Source of the DNA: Gemmatimonadota bacterium
GTDB taxonomy: Bacteria; Gemmatimonadota; Gemmatimonadetes; Longimicrobiales; Gaopeijiaceae
Reading direction: 5' to 3'
DNA: 64,000 bases
Assembly: GCA_034521595.1 (NCBI GenBank)
Contig: JAXHMG010000003.1
Span: 2,528,001 to 2,592,000, forward strand
A program made the position numbers and the translations under genes. The notes below the pieces were generated by a model. It did no database searches. It worked only from the letters and a program-made list of their open reading frames with translations, and was not told where the DNA came from. How positions within the stretch are numbered: position 1 is the stretch's first letter; every line of letters starts with the position of its first letter. Positions 51,318-62,314 of this stretch are shown one piece after another.

Positions 51318-52210
51318 ACCCGCCCCAGCTGCACCGCCGCCTGCTCGACGAGCGTCACCAACTCGGGCTCTCGGATGACGTCGGAGGAGGAAGCCAGCCA
51401 CATCACGGCCGGCACCCGCGATCCCGCCAAGACCGGAACGGCCAACGCGAGCCCGCGGTCCCGCGACTTCCCGGTCGGCGCCGCAGGCTCCCCTTCCGCG
51501 ATGGCGCCGGACCGAACCGCCCTGCGATCGGTCCGGGCCCGCTCGACCAGCTCCAGAGCCGCGCCCGGGACCTCGGCCCCCACGAGCTCGAACGGTTCGG
51601 AGTCGCTCCGCGCGGAGGCGGACGTGTAGCGGAACGGGGAAGGGGTCAGCGCACCGCTCTCCTCCACGTAGAATACCCGCGCGACCTCGAAGCCGGCCGC
51701 GTCGCAAATCAGTGGAACGGCCCGGGTGAGCGCATCGCCGAGTGTATCGTGCGCGTTCACGAGCGCCGTCACCTGCTGCAACAACTCGACGTGCCGGCGT
51801 GCTCCCAGCGCTGTCGGCACGAGCCCCTTCCCTTCCGGGGGCGGAGTGTCGGAGATGTCCTGGATATATCCGGTCAACTCCTGACCGTGGCCAGTCTCCG
51901 TCCCTCGTCCTTGCGCGAGCACCCAACGCTCCGACCCACGCCGCGTTCTGATCCGGTAGGCCACCCGGAATGGAACCCCCTCGGCCAGGGCCTCGTCGAT
52001 CTCTCGAGCGACCCGTTTCCGGTCATCCACGTGCACGAGCGAGGCGAACGAGCGCTCGTCGTTGTGCACGAGCTCCGTCGAGCGATATCCGGTGAGCTCG
52101 TGCACGTTCTCGCTGAGCGCGAGCATCGTCCAGTGGGCATCGTTGCGGCAGCGATAAACGACACCCGGCAGATCGCTCACGCTCAGGATGTGCTCGAGAG
52201 GCTCGCTCAC
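51314..52210 (-). CDS. PAS-GAF protein, the N-terminal part of the MITE-split kinase
   Basis: LPGVVYRC...LTGY...VHVDDR PAS and a GAF-like domain; TAG stop lies at the MITE junction, in frame with 49148-51307. Confidence 0.82.
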   Translation of the reverse strand: MSEPLEHILSVSDLPGVVYRCRNDAHWTMLALSENVHELTGYRSTELVHNDERSFASLVHVDDRKRVAREIDEALAEGVPFRVAYRIRTRRGSERWVLAQGRGTETGHGQELTGYIQDISDTPPPEGKGLVPTALGARRHVELLQQVTALVNAHDTLGDALTRAVPLICDAAGFEVARVFYVEESGALTPSPFRYTSASARSDSEPFELVGAEVPGAALELVERARTDRRAVRSGAIAEGEPAAPTGKSRDRGLALAVPVLAGSRVPAVMWLASSSDVIREPELVTLVEQAAVQLGRV

Positions 52211-52249
52211 ATTGGGTTCCGCCCGGAAGTGAATGGCGTAGCGAGCCCC

Positions 52250-54220
<1,971 letters not shown>

Positions 54221-54529
54221 CTACTCCGTCTCCGCGAGTGCGAAGACGACCCGTTCGAAGGGCGCTTCTTCGATGCGCTCGTTGACGCGTTCGAGGAAGT
54301 CCCGCTTCATCATGTTCAGCTCCATGAGCCACGCGCTGCTCCGGACTTCGACGAACAGCGTCGTGTCCTCCACCGCCTTGGCCCGCGTGACCCGCGCGAG
54401 ATCCTCACCCACGATCTCGGGCCATAGCTCCAGCACCTCCATGCGGCGAACCTGATCACGGACGCCGTGCTTCTCGAGGAGGCCCTCGAGCATCGAGCCC
54501 ACCTTGGCAGGTCCCCCCCTGGCCGTCAT
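54221..54529 (-). CDS. DUF721 / DciA-like protein
   Basis: WPEIVG, LFVEVRSSAWLMEL; position between recF and gyrB. Confidence 0.85.
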   Translation of the reverse strand: MTARGGPAKVGSMLEGLLEKHGVRDQVRRMEVLELWPEIVGEDLARVTRAKAVEDTTLFVEVRSSAWLMELNMMKRDFLERVNERIEEAPFERVVFALAETE

Positions 54530-55653
54530 GTCTCGATCCGTCCCCCTTCGACGTGCCACCGCGGCAGGACCTCCGCGCGCACCCGCACGTCCGACGCCTT
54601 CGGCGCCGTCAACACGACCTGTCCCACCCGGGTGGAATCCATGAGCTCCAGGACTCGCTCGCTTCGGCCGGTGTCGAGCTCGGCGAACACGTCGTCGAAC
54701 AGCATGAGCGGCTCCGTTCCTCGCCGCTCCTGAATCGTACGCGCTTCCACCAACCGCAGCGCGAGCGCCGCCGTGCGCCGTTGTCCGCCCGAGCCATAGC
54801 TTCTGAGGCTCAGGCCCTCACCGTCCCCGGCGAGCCGGAGCCGAACGTCGTCCCGGTGTGGACCGACCACGGTGACGGCCTTGCGATGCTCTCGATCCGC
54901 GGACCGCTCGAGCGCCGTGCGGAACGCGGCCTCGATGTCGGAGACGCTCCGGGCCCCCTCCAGCTTCACGCTCGAGCTGTACGTCATGTTGGCCCCGGCC
55001 TCGCCGGAGATCGTGGCGTAACACTCGTCGAACGGAGCGGAGCTAGCCTCGACCCACGCCACGCGGGCCGCGACGACCCGTGCGCCGCTGCGCACGAGCC
55101 CGTCGTTCCACGCGGTCACGACCGACCGTGGCGCCCGCCCCTTCAGGGAGGCATTCCGTCGGGCCAGCACACGCCGGTACTCCTGAAGCGCGCTCAGGTA
55201 GCCCGGCTCGTTCAGCGACAACAGGATATCGAGAAAGCGGCGCCGCTCGGCGGGCCCTCCTCCGACCAGCTCAATATCCGCCGGGGAGAAGATCACGGCC
55301 GCGAGACCGCCGATGGCATCGCCCAAGCGGTCCGGCTCGACGCCGTCCACGGTGACCTTCTTGCGCTTGCCGTCACGCGCGAACGCGGCCGTGATCTCAC
55401 TGACGCTACTGCCAACCTCTCCTCCCGATTGCACCGTCCCACCGATTCGGAACACGTCCTCGCCGAACGCCACGAGCTGCTCGTCGCGGGCGCCGCGAAA
55501 GGATCGAAACGTCTCCAGATAGTAGATGGCCTCGAGGAAGCTGGACTTGCCCTGCGCATTATCGCCCACCAGGGCCACGCCTTCATGCGGGATCTCCAGG
55601 TCCTGAACGCCGAGATTCCGGAACCGGCGCAGGCTGAGACTCGTCAGCCGCAC
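54526..55653 (-). CDS. recF: DNA replication/repair protein RecF
   Basis: FRN, GDNAQGKS, ERRRFLD, GPHRDD, SGGQRR, DDVFAELD. Confidence 0.95.
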   Translation of the reverse strand: MRLTSLSLRRFRNLGVQDLEIPHEGVALVGDNAQGKSSFLEAIYYLETFRSFRGARDEQLVAFGEDVFRIGGTVQSGGEVGSSVSEITAAFARDGKRKKVTVDGVEPDRLGDAIGGLAAVIFSPADIELVGGGPAERRRFLDILLSLNEPGYLSALQEYRRVLARRNASLKGRAPRSVVTAWNDGLVRSGARVVAARVAWVEASSAPFDECYATISGEAGANMTYSSSVKLEGARSVSDIEAAFRTALERSADREHRKAVTVVGPHRDDVRLRLAGDGEGLSLRSYGSGGQRRTAALALRLVEARTIQERRGTEPLMLFDDVFAELDTGRSERVLELMDSTRVGQVVLTAPKASDVRVRAEVLPRWHVEGGRIET

Positions 55654-55875
55654 GGTGGGCGGTTTCTCAAAGACCCTCGAGGCATGATCAAAGTTAACGT
55701 CGGCCGCGTCACCCGACCACCCCGTTCGGACGAGCCCAAACTCCTTGCATCGCAAGGATTTTGGCACGTTCGCCCAACACCTCGATCAGGCTCGGAATGC
55801 ACCCGTGGCGCTTCGGCCACCGTGAGGTTCCTGCACGGTTCTTGGAGAGGGTCGAGAGAGCCTCTGGCAGGACGC

Positions 55876-56661
55876 TCAACGCGCCTTGAATTCCGGCTTT
55901 CGCTTGTCGAGGAACGCGGACATGCCCTCCTTCATGTCTTCCGTCGAAGCGAGCAGCCCGAAGAGGGAAGACTCGTAGTCCAGTGCCTCGGCCGTGGCCG
56001 TATCCACCGCCCGATACATCGATTCGAGCGCCATGCGAACGGCCACGGGACCGTTCTTCGTGATGCGGCGCAGGAAGGACTTGGCCTCGTCGAGCAGCTC
56101 GGCGCGCGGCACGACCGCCGATACCACACCGATCTCCCGTGCCTGCTCGGCATCGAACATGTCGCCCGTGAGCGTCAACTCCACGGCCCGCCCCAGGCCG
56201 GCGAGACGGGCGAGGCGGATCGTGCCGCCGTATCCCGGGATGATCCCCAGGCCCACCTCGGGCAAGCCGAACTTTGCGTTGTCGGACGCGATGCGAAGGT
56301 GGCAGGCGAGCGCCAACTCACAACCGCCCCCGAGCGCGAATCCACCGACCGCGGCCAGCACCGGCTTCGGAAAGCGCTCGATCGAGCGGAAGACATCCTG
56401 ACCGTCGCGGCTGATGCGCACCCCGGTCACCGAGTCCATCTTCGCGAGCTCACCGATGTCGGCTCCGGCGACGAAAGCCTTCTCTCCCGCGCCCGTCAGA
56501 ACGACACCACGGACCTCGTCGTCGTCCCGTAACCCGGCGAACGCCTCACCGATCTCCGACACGACGTCGGCGTTGAGCGCGTTCATCTTCTTCTGGCGGT
56601 CGACCGTCACGATGGCGAGCTCGCCGTCTCGCTCGATCGTCACGTAGTTGAATTCAGTCAT
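55876..56661 (-). CDS. Enoyl-CoA hydratase (crotonase)
   Basis: AFVAGADI, GFALGGGCELA, PEVGLGIIPGYGGT. Confidence 0.92.
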   Translation of the reverse strand: MTEFNYVTIERDGELAIVTVDRQKKMNALNADVVSEIGEAFAGLRDDDEVRGVVLTGAGEKAFVAGADIGELAKMDSVTGVRISRDGQDVFRSIERFPKPVLAAVGGFALGGGCELALACHLRIASDNAKFGLPEVGLGIIPGYGGTIRLARLAGLGRAVELTLTGDMFDAEQAREIGVVSAVVPRAELLDEAKSFLRRITKNGPVAVRMALESMYRAVDTATAEALDYESSLFGLLASTEDMKEGMSAFLDKRKPEFKAR

Positions 56662-56869
56662 GTTTGAGCGTCCTCTCGGGTCATGGTGTCGGGCGGATCG
56701 TTCACGAGCTCGCGAGGCTCGCGGCGGAAGATAGCGACCGAAACGGACATGGAAAAAGGCTCCGGGACGCCTTACCTTCACGCCTTCGCGCCCCCTGGAG
56801 CGAGCGGCCGCGGACGGCCGCCCGCCCTTTTCGTGAGCCTCACGAGTCCATTACGAGGAGTTTCGCGCC

Positions 56870-57343
56870 ATGAGCCGGTCCCTCAACAAGATCATGCTGA
56901 TCGGGAACGTCGGGAACGATCCGGAGATCCGGGCCACGAGCTCCGGTGCCCGTGTCGCCAAGGTCTCACTCGCGACGAACCGCACGTGGTCCGACCGCGC
57001 CGGTCAGCAGCAAGAGCGGACCGAATGGCACCGGCTCACCTTCTTCGGGCGACTGGTCGATATCGTCGAGCAGTGGGTCAGCAAGGGAGACCGACTGTAC
57101 GTGGAGGGCCGTATCGAATACTCCCAGGTCGAGGGAGAGAGCGGTACCCGTTACTTCACCGACATCGTCGTGTCCGACATGGTCATGCTCGGATCCGCCG
57201 GAGCCGGATCGGGCTCCGGTGGCGGGAGTGGGGAATTCGGTGAGGGATACGGTGGAGGAGGAGGCGGCGCGGGAGAGAGCCCCGGCCGGCCGAACGATGC
57301 CGGACCGTCCGTCTCGGAGCCCGACGACGACCTGCCGTTTTGA
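56870..57343 (+). CDS. ssb: Single-stranded DNA-binding protein
   Basis: NKIMLIGN, TEWHR, acidic tail DDDLPF. Confidence 0.97.
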   Translation: MSRSLNKIMLIGNVGNDPEIRATSSGARVAKVSLATNRTWSDRAGQQQERTEWHRLTFFGRLVDIVEQWVSKGDRLYVEGRIEYSQVEGESGTRYFTDIVVSDMVMLGSAGAGSGSGGGSGEFGEGYGGGGGGAGESPGRPNDAGPSVSEPDDDLPF

Positions 57344-57375
57344 CGCGCCTTCGGGGTCCGTGGCCCGAACGCCGC

Positions 57376-57708
57376 TCAGCCCTCGGGCGAAGTCTCGACG
57401 TCCGACTTCCAGAGACCCATGAGATATTCGTCGTATCTCTCGGGATGCGCCGCGTAATCCTCTACCCAGACTTCGAACGGCGGCAGGGCGACCCGGCGGG
57501 ACAGCCAATCGGTGGCCACCCGCACCATCTCGGCATACCCGAGCCCCCCTTCACGACCGTCCTCGGCTCCAGCCCGATGCGCGATCATGTAGATCTCATC
57601 GGGACTCAGGTAGACGAGTAGGTCGGCGACCTGCGCCGAACAGTAGTCCAAGTACTTGGCGCGCAGGACTCCGAGAGGCTCACCCGGCCCCGGATCGCCT
57701 GCGTCCAC
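57376..57708 (-). CDS. Hypothetical protein ('LPPFxVWVxD' domain, paralogue 1)
   Basis: GGAGG before GTG 57708; homologous to 58411-58977. Confidence 0.75.
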   Translation of the reverse strand: MDAGDPGPGEPLGVLRAKYLDYCSAQVADLLVYLSPDEIYMIAHRAGAEDGREGGLGYAEMVRVATDWLSRRVALPPFEVWVEDYAAHPERYDEYLMGLWKSDVETSPEG

Positions 57709-57731
57709 GTTTGGACCCTCCCGCCGAACGT

Positions 57732-57760
57732 AAAAAAGCCCCCCGGCTGACACCGGGCGC
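57732..57760 (-). terminator. Probable intrinsic terminator
   Basis: Minus strand GCGCCCGG-TGTCAG-CCGGGGGGC-TTTTTT. Confidence 0.6.
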
Positions 57761-57827
57761 GAATGTAGGGGAGCCAACCCCCTTACGCGCCAAGGTATGT
57801 GCCGTGATGCGGGTCAGCGCAAGGGTC

Positions 57828-58037
57828 TCAGCTCAGCGGGGAGGTAGCGCTCTCGATCGCCTCGTCGGGACGGCTGTCCTCACTATCGCGAAGATGGCGA
57901 TAAATCGAACGCCGCGTGAGGCCGTAGAGGACGATCCGGCTCAGAAACTCCGGATCACTTTCCTGGACTTCTTCCGCCTGGGCGGCAATGTCCCGGGGAA
58001 GCCGGACGCTGAGCTGAACGGATCGTGTTTCCCACAT
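57828..58037 (-). CDS. Small hypothetical protein with an RHH-like N-terminus
   Basis: GAGGT Shine-Dalgarno; MWETRSVQLSVRLPRDIAAQAEE strand-helix pattern. Confidence 0.7.
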   Translation of the reverse strand: MWETRSVQLSVRLPRDIAAQAEEVQESDPEFLSRIVLYGLTRRSIYRHLRDSEDSRPDEAIESATSPLS

Positions 58038-58410
58038 CGACGCACCTCTTCGACTCTGAACGGAAAAAACTTGCAATTCGAACTTTCTACGAACCGGCAT
58101 GATCCGTGCCGGATGCTCTTCAGCGAGAGGTGCTAGCCAGCCTCAAGGTGCGGTCAACGGTAAGCGTGCCCCCAGGGGCCCGCAACCCCCGAAAACCGGA
58201 CACCGCACGAACCCCGAAAGCCCGTAAGCCGTTGCCGCACAAGCACTTAGGTTTTTTCCACACAACGGGAAATCAGCTGTTCCCCAACGCATCGCTGCAT
58301 TCCATCGTACTTCGTCTACGCTCCGGAAGTGCAAGAACGACACAGAGTTTCCGAACGCGCCACCTCACCTCACGCCCCACCGACCCTGAACGGATTTTTG
58401 CAAAAATTGG

Positions 58411-58977
58411 TCACGGAAGGGTCGAGCGTAAAAAAGCCTCGAGAGCCGCCTCCTCGAAGTCGAGAAAGCGCTCGCGCACCTGTTCCGGACCCGTTTCGCG
58501 GAATACCACGGCCGTGTCATGGACTTCGGATGGAGACGATCCCTCGAAGGCGATGAAGCCCCGCCAGGCTCCGCCTTCGTGAAACGCCCGCACCCTCACC
58601 TCCCACGACTCGCCGAAGCAACGGAGACGGCGCCGCGCCAGCGTCACCGGGTCCGCCGCCGTCGGCGGGTCCGCCGACTCCGCCCACTCGCGAAGGTGAG
58701 CGCTCGGGAACCGCTCGTGATCTTTCACCCAAACGGAGAAGGGGGGGAGTGGAAGAAGCGTGGCGCAATATTCGACGAGCAAACGCAAAGGGTCCGGATC
58801 GGACGCGCCCCGTGGAGAGGCGTGGAGGGCAGCGCGATAGAGCGGGCGCACGGCTTCCCGTGGCAGCATCGCGACCAACCGCCGGGCCTGCCTGCGCCTA
58901 TACCCTTCGTACAGCTCCCGGAGCTCTGATTCATCCCGGGCCGTGGCCGACCCGACCGACGCGATCACCTGGCTCAT
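58411..58977 (-). CDS. Hypothetical protein ('LPPFxVWVxD' domain plus C-terminal domain, paralogue 2)
   Basis: LRELYEGY...LPPFSVWVKD; starts 10 bp after the upstream gene. Confidence 0.72.
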   Translation of the reverse strand: MSQVIASVGSATARDESELRELYEGYRRRQARRLVAMLPREAVRPLYRAALHASPRGASDPDPLRLLVEYCATLLPLPPFSVWVKDHERFPSAHLREWAESADPPTAADPVTLARRRLRCFGESWEVRVRAFHEGGAWRGFIAFEGSSPSEVHDTAVVFRETGPEQVRERFLDFEEAALEAFLRSTLP

Positions 58978-58987
58978 CGACCGGATG

Positions 58988-59872
58988 CTAGTGCACGGTC
59001 GACGATGTGAAAGCCGAGCCGACGCTTTCGAAGTCGGCACCCGTGTGGACGAGGTTGAGTCCGGAAAGGGTTTCTCGAGCGCCGAAGGTCTCGACTACCC
59101 GGGAGAGCTCCGAGAAGCGATCAGGCTCGAACCGCGCGGTGATCCTGGCGAGCCCGGAGCGCATCGAGGCGACCACGCTCCGGGTCTCCCCGAAGGACAT
59201 GGGCAGGCCGAATTGGACGTGGTACTCCAGCCCCGACTCCGGGGATGAAGACCGAACCCGACGGAGTCGCGCGTCCGGGAACGCGTCGAAGAGCGACTGC
59301 TCGAGCGCGACGTCCCTCTCGTGGAGCGCCGTCCGAAAGACGACCGCACACCCCTCGTAATCCAGGTGAGCACGCACCACACGCCCCGACCCGAGCAGGA
59401 TCCGGATCGACGTACCCTCGTGGAGATCGAAATCGCGGCAGATGTCCCGATACCCGATCCGGAGCAGGATGGGTCGGGTCAATGGCCCGAACCCCACCCG
59501 TTCCAACACGCGCAGCCCGACTCGGAAGGCATACCGCCTCAACGCATCCATGCCCTCCGCATCGGCCGCACGCTCCATGAGCTCGGTCACGTGTTCCTGG
59601 GTCGGCTCGTAGGCCCAGTCGAGCACCACGAGCTCCGTGCTGAGGTCCAGCACCTTCGCGCGCCCGCTACCCAGATCGAGCGCTTCCGAGGCCGCGGCAT
59701 ATCGCCCGTTGACGACGAGGGCCATCCCGATGTCCTCGATCCTTCCGCCGGCGAGGTCCATCTCGTGGACGTCTCGGTATTGAACGATCGCCCGTGTGAG
59801 CGGCACCGCGCACACGCCCGGAACGTCACCCATCGCCTCCGGAGGGAGAGAACTCCGCACAGCAGGGTCCAT
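58988..59872 (-). CDS. Hypothetical protein
   Basis: GAGGAG before ATG 59872; 294-aa protein-like ORF. Confidence 0.72.
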   Translation of the reverse strand: MDPAVRSSLPPEAMGDVPGVCAVPLTRAIVQYRDVHEMDLAGGRIEDIGMALVVNGRYAAASEALDLGSGRAKVLDLSTELVVLDWAYEPTQEHVTELMERAADAEGMDALRRYAFRVGLRVLERVGFGPLTRPILLRIGYRDICRDFDLHEGTSIRILLGSGRVVRAHLDYEGCAVVFRTALHERDVALEQSLFDAFPDARLRRVRSSSPESGLEYHVQFGLPMSFGETRSVVASMRSGLARITARFEPDRFSELSRVVETFGARETLSGLNLVHTGADFESVGSAFTSSTVH

Positions 59873-60037
59873 CGTGGCTCCTCGCTCGCACCGTCGGTAA
59901 CCAACGGGACCACGATCGCCGGGCCCCGAGCGCGTCGTTCCTCCGGACTCGCCGGTCCGAGAGGACTCGCACGATAACCGTTCTCTCACGCCGGTCGCAA
60001 TCCCGACGAGCGCCCCAGGGACGGCACCGCCGTGATG

Positions 60038-60066
60038 TTGCCTCGACACCGCCCCGACCTTATCTT
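60038..60066 (+). promoter_or_regulatory. Sigma70-type promoter of rpsU
   Basis: TTGCCT-17 nt-TATCTT. Confidence 0.6.
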
Positions 60067-60111
60067 TTTAAGCTCGCCAATCGGTTTTCAACATGTAGGA
60101 AGGTGATCCTT

Positions 60112-60306
60112 TTGGAAGTCGTCGTTCAGGACAATGAGAGCCTCGACCGCGCACTGCGCCGGTTCAAGCGGAAAGTACAGCGGTCCGGTCTCTACTCCGA
60201 GCTCCGCAAGCGGAGGTACTACGAGAAGCCCAGTGCCCAGCGCAAGCGGAAGCGGGAGGCGGCGATTCGTAGAGAACGTCGACGGCAGCGGCGCGGACGT
60301 CGCTGA
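60112..60306 (+). CDS. rpsU: 30S ribosomal protein S21
   Basis: [13 protein letters not shown]...YYEKPS; TTG start after AGGAAGGTG. Confidence 0.95.
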   Translation: MEVVVQDNESLDRALRRFKRKVQRSGLYSELRKRRYYEKPSAQRKRKREAAIRRERRRQRRGRR

Positions 60307-60337
60307 AGCGTTCGCGGCCACGACCGCGAACGCATGG

Positions 60338-60376
60338 AAGCCGGCTCTCTCCGTTCGCGGGGAGGGCCGGCTTTTT
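60338..60376 (+). terminator. Intrinsic terminator of rpsU
   Basis: AAGCCGGCTCTCTCCG-TTCG-CGGGGAGGGCCGGC followed by TTTTT. Confidence 0.8.
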
Positions 60377-60435
60377 CGTGGATGCTCGGGACGGACCGCC
60401 CGCCTCCCCATGAGCGGCGTCGCCATCCGCTCCGG

Positions 60436-61227
60436 TCAGGCGACGCGTCCCCGGCCGAACACGTGCTCGAGACCCGCCCACCCTTCGAGCGCTTCCGGGG
60501 TGAGGAGCTCGTTGACGAATTGTACTCGGAGCCACCGACGAGCCCCGCTGTCTCGGAGCGTCCCGGGCGTCGCGCCGGTGACGACGCGCACCATGCGGCA
60601 CATGTTCGTATCCGACGTGAAACCAAGGGCTCGCGCTGTCTCCGCCACCGTCGCCGTTGGATCCGAAAGCATCTCGGCTACCGCGAGACTCCGGAGCCAC
60701 CGCAGGTACGTGAACGGCGAAGCCAGCCCTCTGCGGCGGAAGCGCGCCTTCAACGCGCCCCGACTCAACCCCGACACCTCGGCGAGCGTGCTCAGGTCCG
60801 TATAGCGGCACGGAAACTCGAGCGTGTGTCTGGCCAGCGCCCGGAACGCGAGCGGAAGCACCCGTCCGGCACTACGACCGAGATCCGCCAGCAGCCGGTC
60901 GACCCAGGTCCGCTCCAGGGCCGTTTCACCGATGCGCCGCCGCAACCGGACCGCGAGATATTCCACCTTCGGCCGCGGCACCTCCGAGCGCCGGCGGTCT
61001 TCCTCCCAGCGCGCGCGTAGGTCGGAGGACACGAGGAGCACGGGGACGTGGCGCTGCGAGCGGAGCGTCCTCGGATCCGGTGCGTCGTCCCGAACATGGA
61101 GACGCGGATACCCGTGAAGAAGGCCGAGCTGAACCCACGACGGAACGCTCACGACCTCTTCATCCGCCCGAGCCGCACGCTCGAGGGCGTTGCGCAACAC
61201 TGGATCCCGAGTCGTCGCCAAGATCAT
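60436..61227 (-). CDS. AraC-type helix-turn-helix protein
   Basis: LAEVSGLSRGALKARF, SPFTYLRWLR, VAETARALGFTS. Confidence 0.78.
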   Translation of the reverse strand: MILATTRDPVLRNALERAARADEEVVSVPSWVQLGLLHGYPRLHVRDDAPDPRTLRSQRHVPVLLVSSDLRARWEEDRRRSEVPRPKVEYLAVRLRRRIGETALERTWVDRLLADLGRSAGRVLPLAFRALARHTLEFPCRYTDLSTLAEVSGLSRGALKARFRRRGLASPFTYLRWLRSLAVAEMLSDPTATVAETARALGFTSDTNMCRMVRVVTGATPGTLRDSGARRWLRVQFVNELLTPEALEGWAGLEHVFGRGRVA

Positions 61228-61280
61228 GACGGAGCAGATCGACGCGGCATGGGTTCACGTTTCATGTCGGAAGCTGCATG

Positions 61281-61316
61281 AAGGGCCCGTGACGCGCAAA
61301 TGCGTCACGGGCCCTT
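61281..61316. terminator. Hairpin downstream of hbd
   Basis: 15-bp perfect inverted repeat AAGGGCCCGTGACGC/GCGTCACGGGCCCTT. Confidence 0.6.
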
Positions 61317-61367
61317 TCCCTGGGCGCCCGGCGGCATCCCTCGCTCGCCGGGACACGCATCACCCGC

Positions 61368-62246
61368 TCAGATCGACATCGGAACCGGCTTTTCACCGGA
61401 CCAGTCGTAGAAGCCCTTTCCGGTCTTTTTGCCGTAGCGGCCCATGGACACGATCCGCTTGAGGAGGGGCGGAGGAGCGTAGCGCTCTTCCCGATACTCT
61501 TCGAACATGATCTCGCTGATCTTGTACAGCGTGTCGATGCCGACGAAGTCGCACAGAGTGAACGGTCCCATCGGGTACCCGCAGCCCAGAACCATCCCCG
61601 TATCGATGTCCTCGATGCTCGCCACCCCCCTCTCGAGCTGGCGAATGGCATCGAGCATGTAGGGGACGAGGAGCAGGTTGACGACGAAGCCCGAGTTGTC
61701 CTTCGCGGCGATCGGAGCCTTTCCGAGCTTTCTCGAAAAATCGAACGCCCGGTCGAACGTCTCGTCGCTCGTCGCGATCGTACGGACAACCTCCACGAGC
61801 TTCATGACCGGCACGGGATTGAAGAAGTGGAGCCCGATGAACCGATCGGGACGGTCGGTGGCGGCGGCCATGTCCGTGATCGTCAGCGAGCTCGTGTTGG
61901 ACGCGAAGATCGTTCTCTCACCACAGATTCGGTCCAGCTCCCGGAAGAGGTCGTTCTTGACCTCGAGGTCCTCGACGATCGCCTCCATGACGAGATCGGA
62001 TGAGGCGAGGTCGGACACCTCCGTGGTGAACGTGAGCCTCCCGAGAGCAGCGTCCCGATCCTCCTCCGAGAGCTTCTCCTTGGACACCGCCCGCTCGAGC
62101 GACTTTTCGATCCGCGCCCGTCCCCGGTCCACCGCAGCCTGGTCGATTTCACGCACGACGACGGGAAAGCCACGGGTCGCGGCGACCTCCGCGATTCCGC
62201 TTCCCATGAGACCACACCCGACGACTCCGACCTTTTCGATACTCAA
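61368..62246 (-). CDS. hbd: 3-hydroxybutyryl-CoA dehydrogenase
   Basis: GCGLMGSGIA, SNTSS, HFFNPVPVM, GFVVN, YPMGP. Confidence 0.92.
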   Translation of the reverse strand: MSIEKVGVVGCGLMGSGIAEVAATRGFPVVVREIDQAAVDRGRARIEKSLERAVSKEKLSEEDRDAALGRLTFTTEVSDLASSDLVMEAIVEDLEVKNDLFRELDRICGERTIFASNTSSLTITDMAAATDRPDRFIGLHFFNPVPVMKLVEVVRTIATSDETFDRAFDFSRKLGKAPIAAKDNSGFVVNLLLVPYMLDAIRQLERGVASIEDIDTGMVLGCGYPMGPFTLCDFVGIDTLYKISEIMFEEYREERYAPPPLLKRIVSMGRYGKKTGKGFYDWSGEKPVPMSI

Positions 62247-62314
62247 GATTATTCTCTCCGTCCGTTACGATCGATCTTCACGAAATAATGAGCGTTCCCC
62301 GCGAGGAGCGCGGC

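Noticed and set aside
54553-56532. 659-aa ORF on the + strand
   Set aside because: Antisense shadow of recF and the crotonase
58038-58410. oriC candidate
   Set aside because: Only one DnaA-box match, no clear unwinding element, and no dnaA in the window
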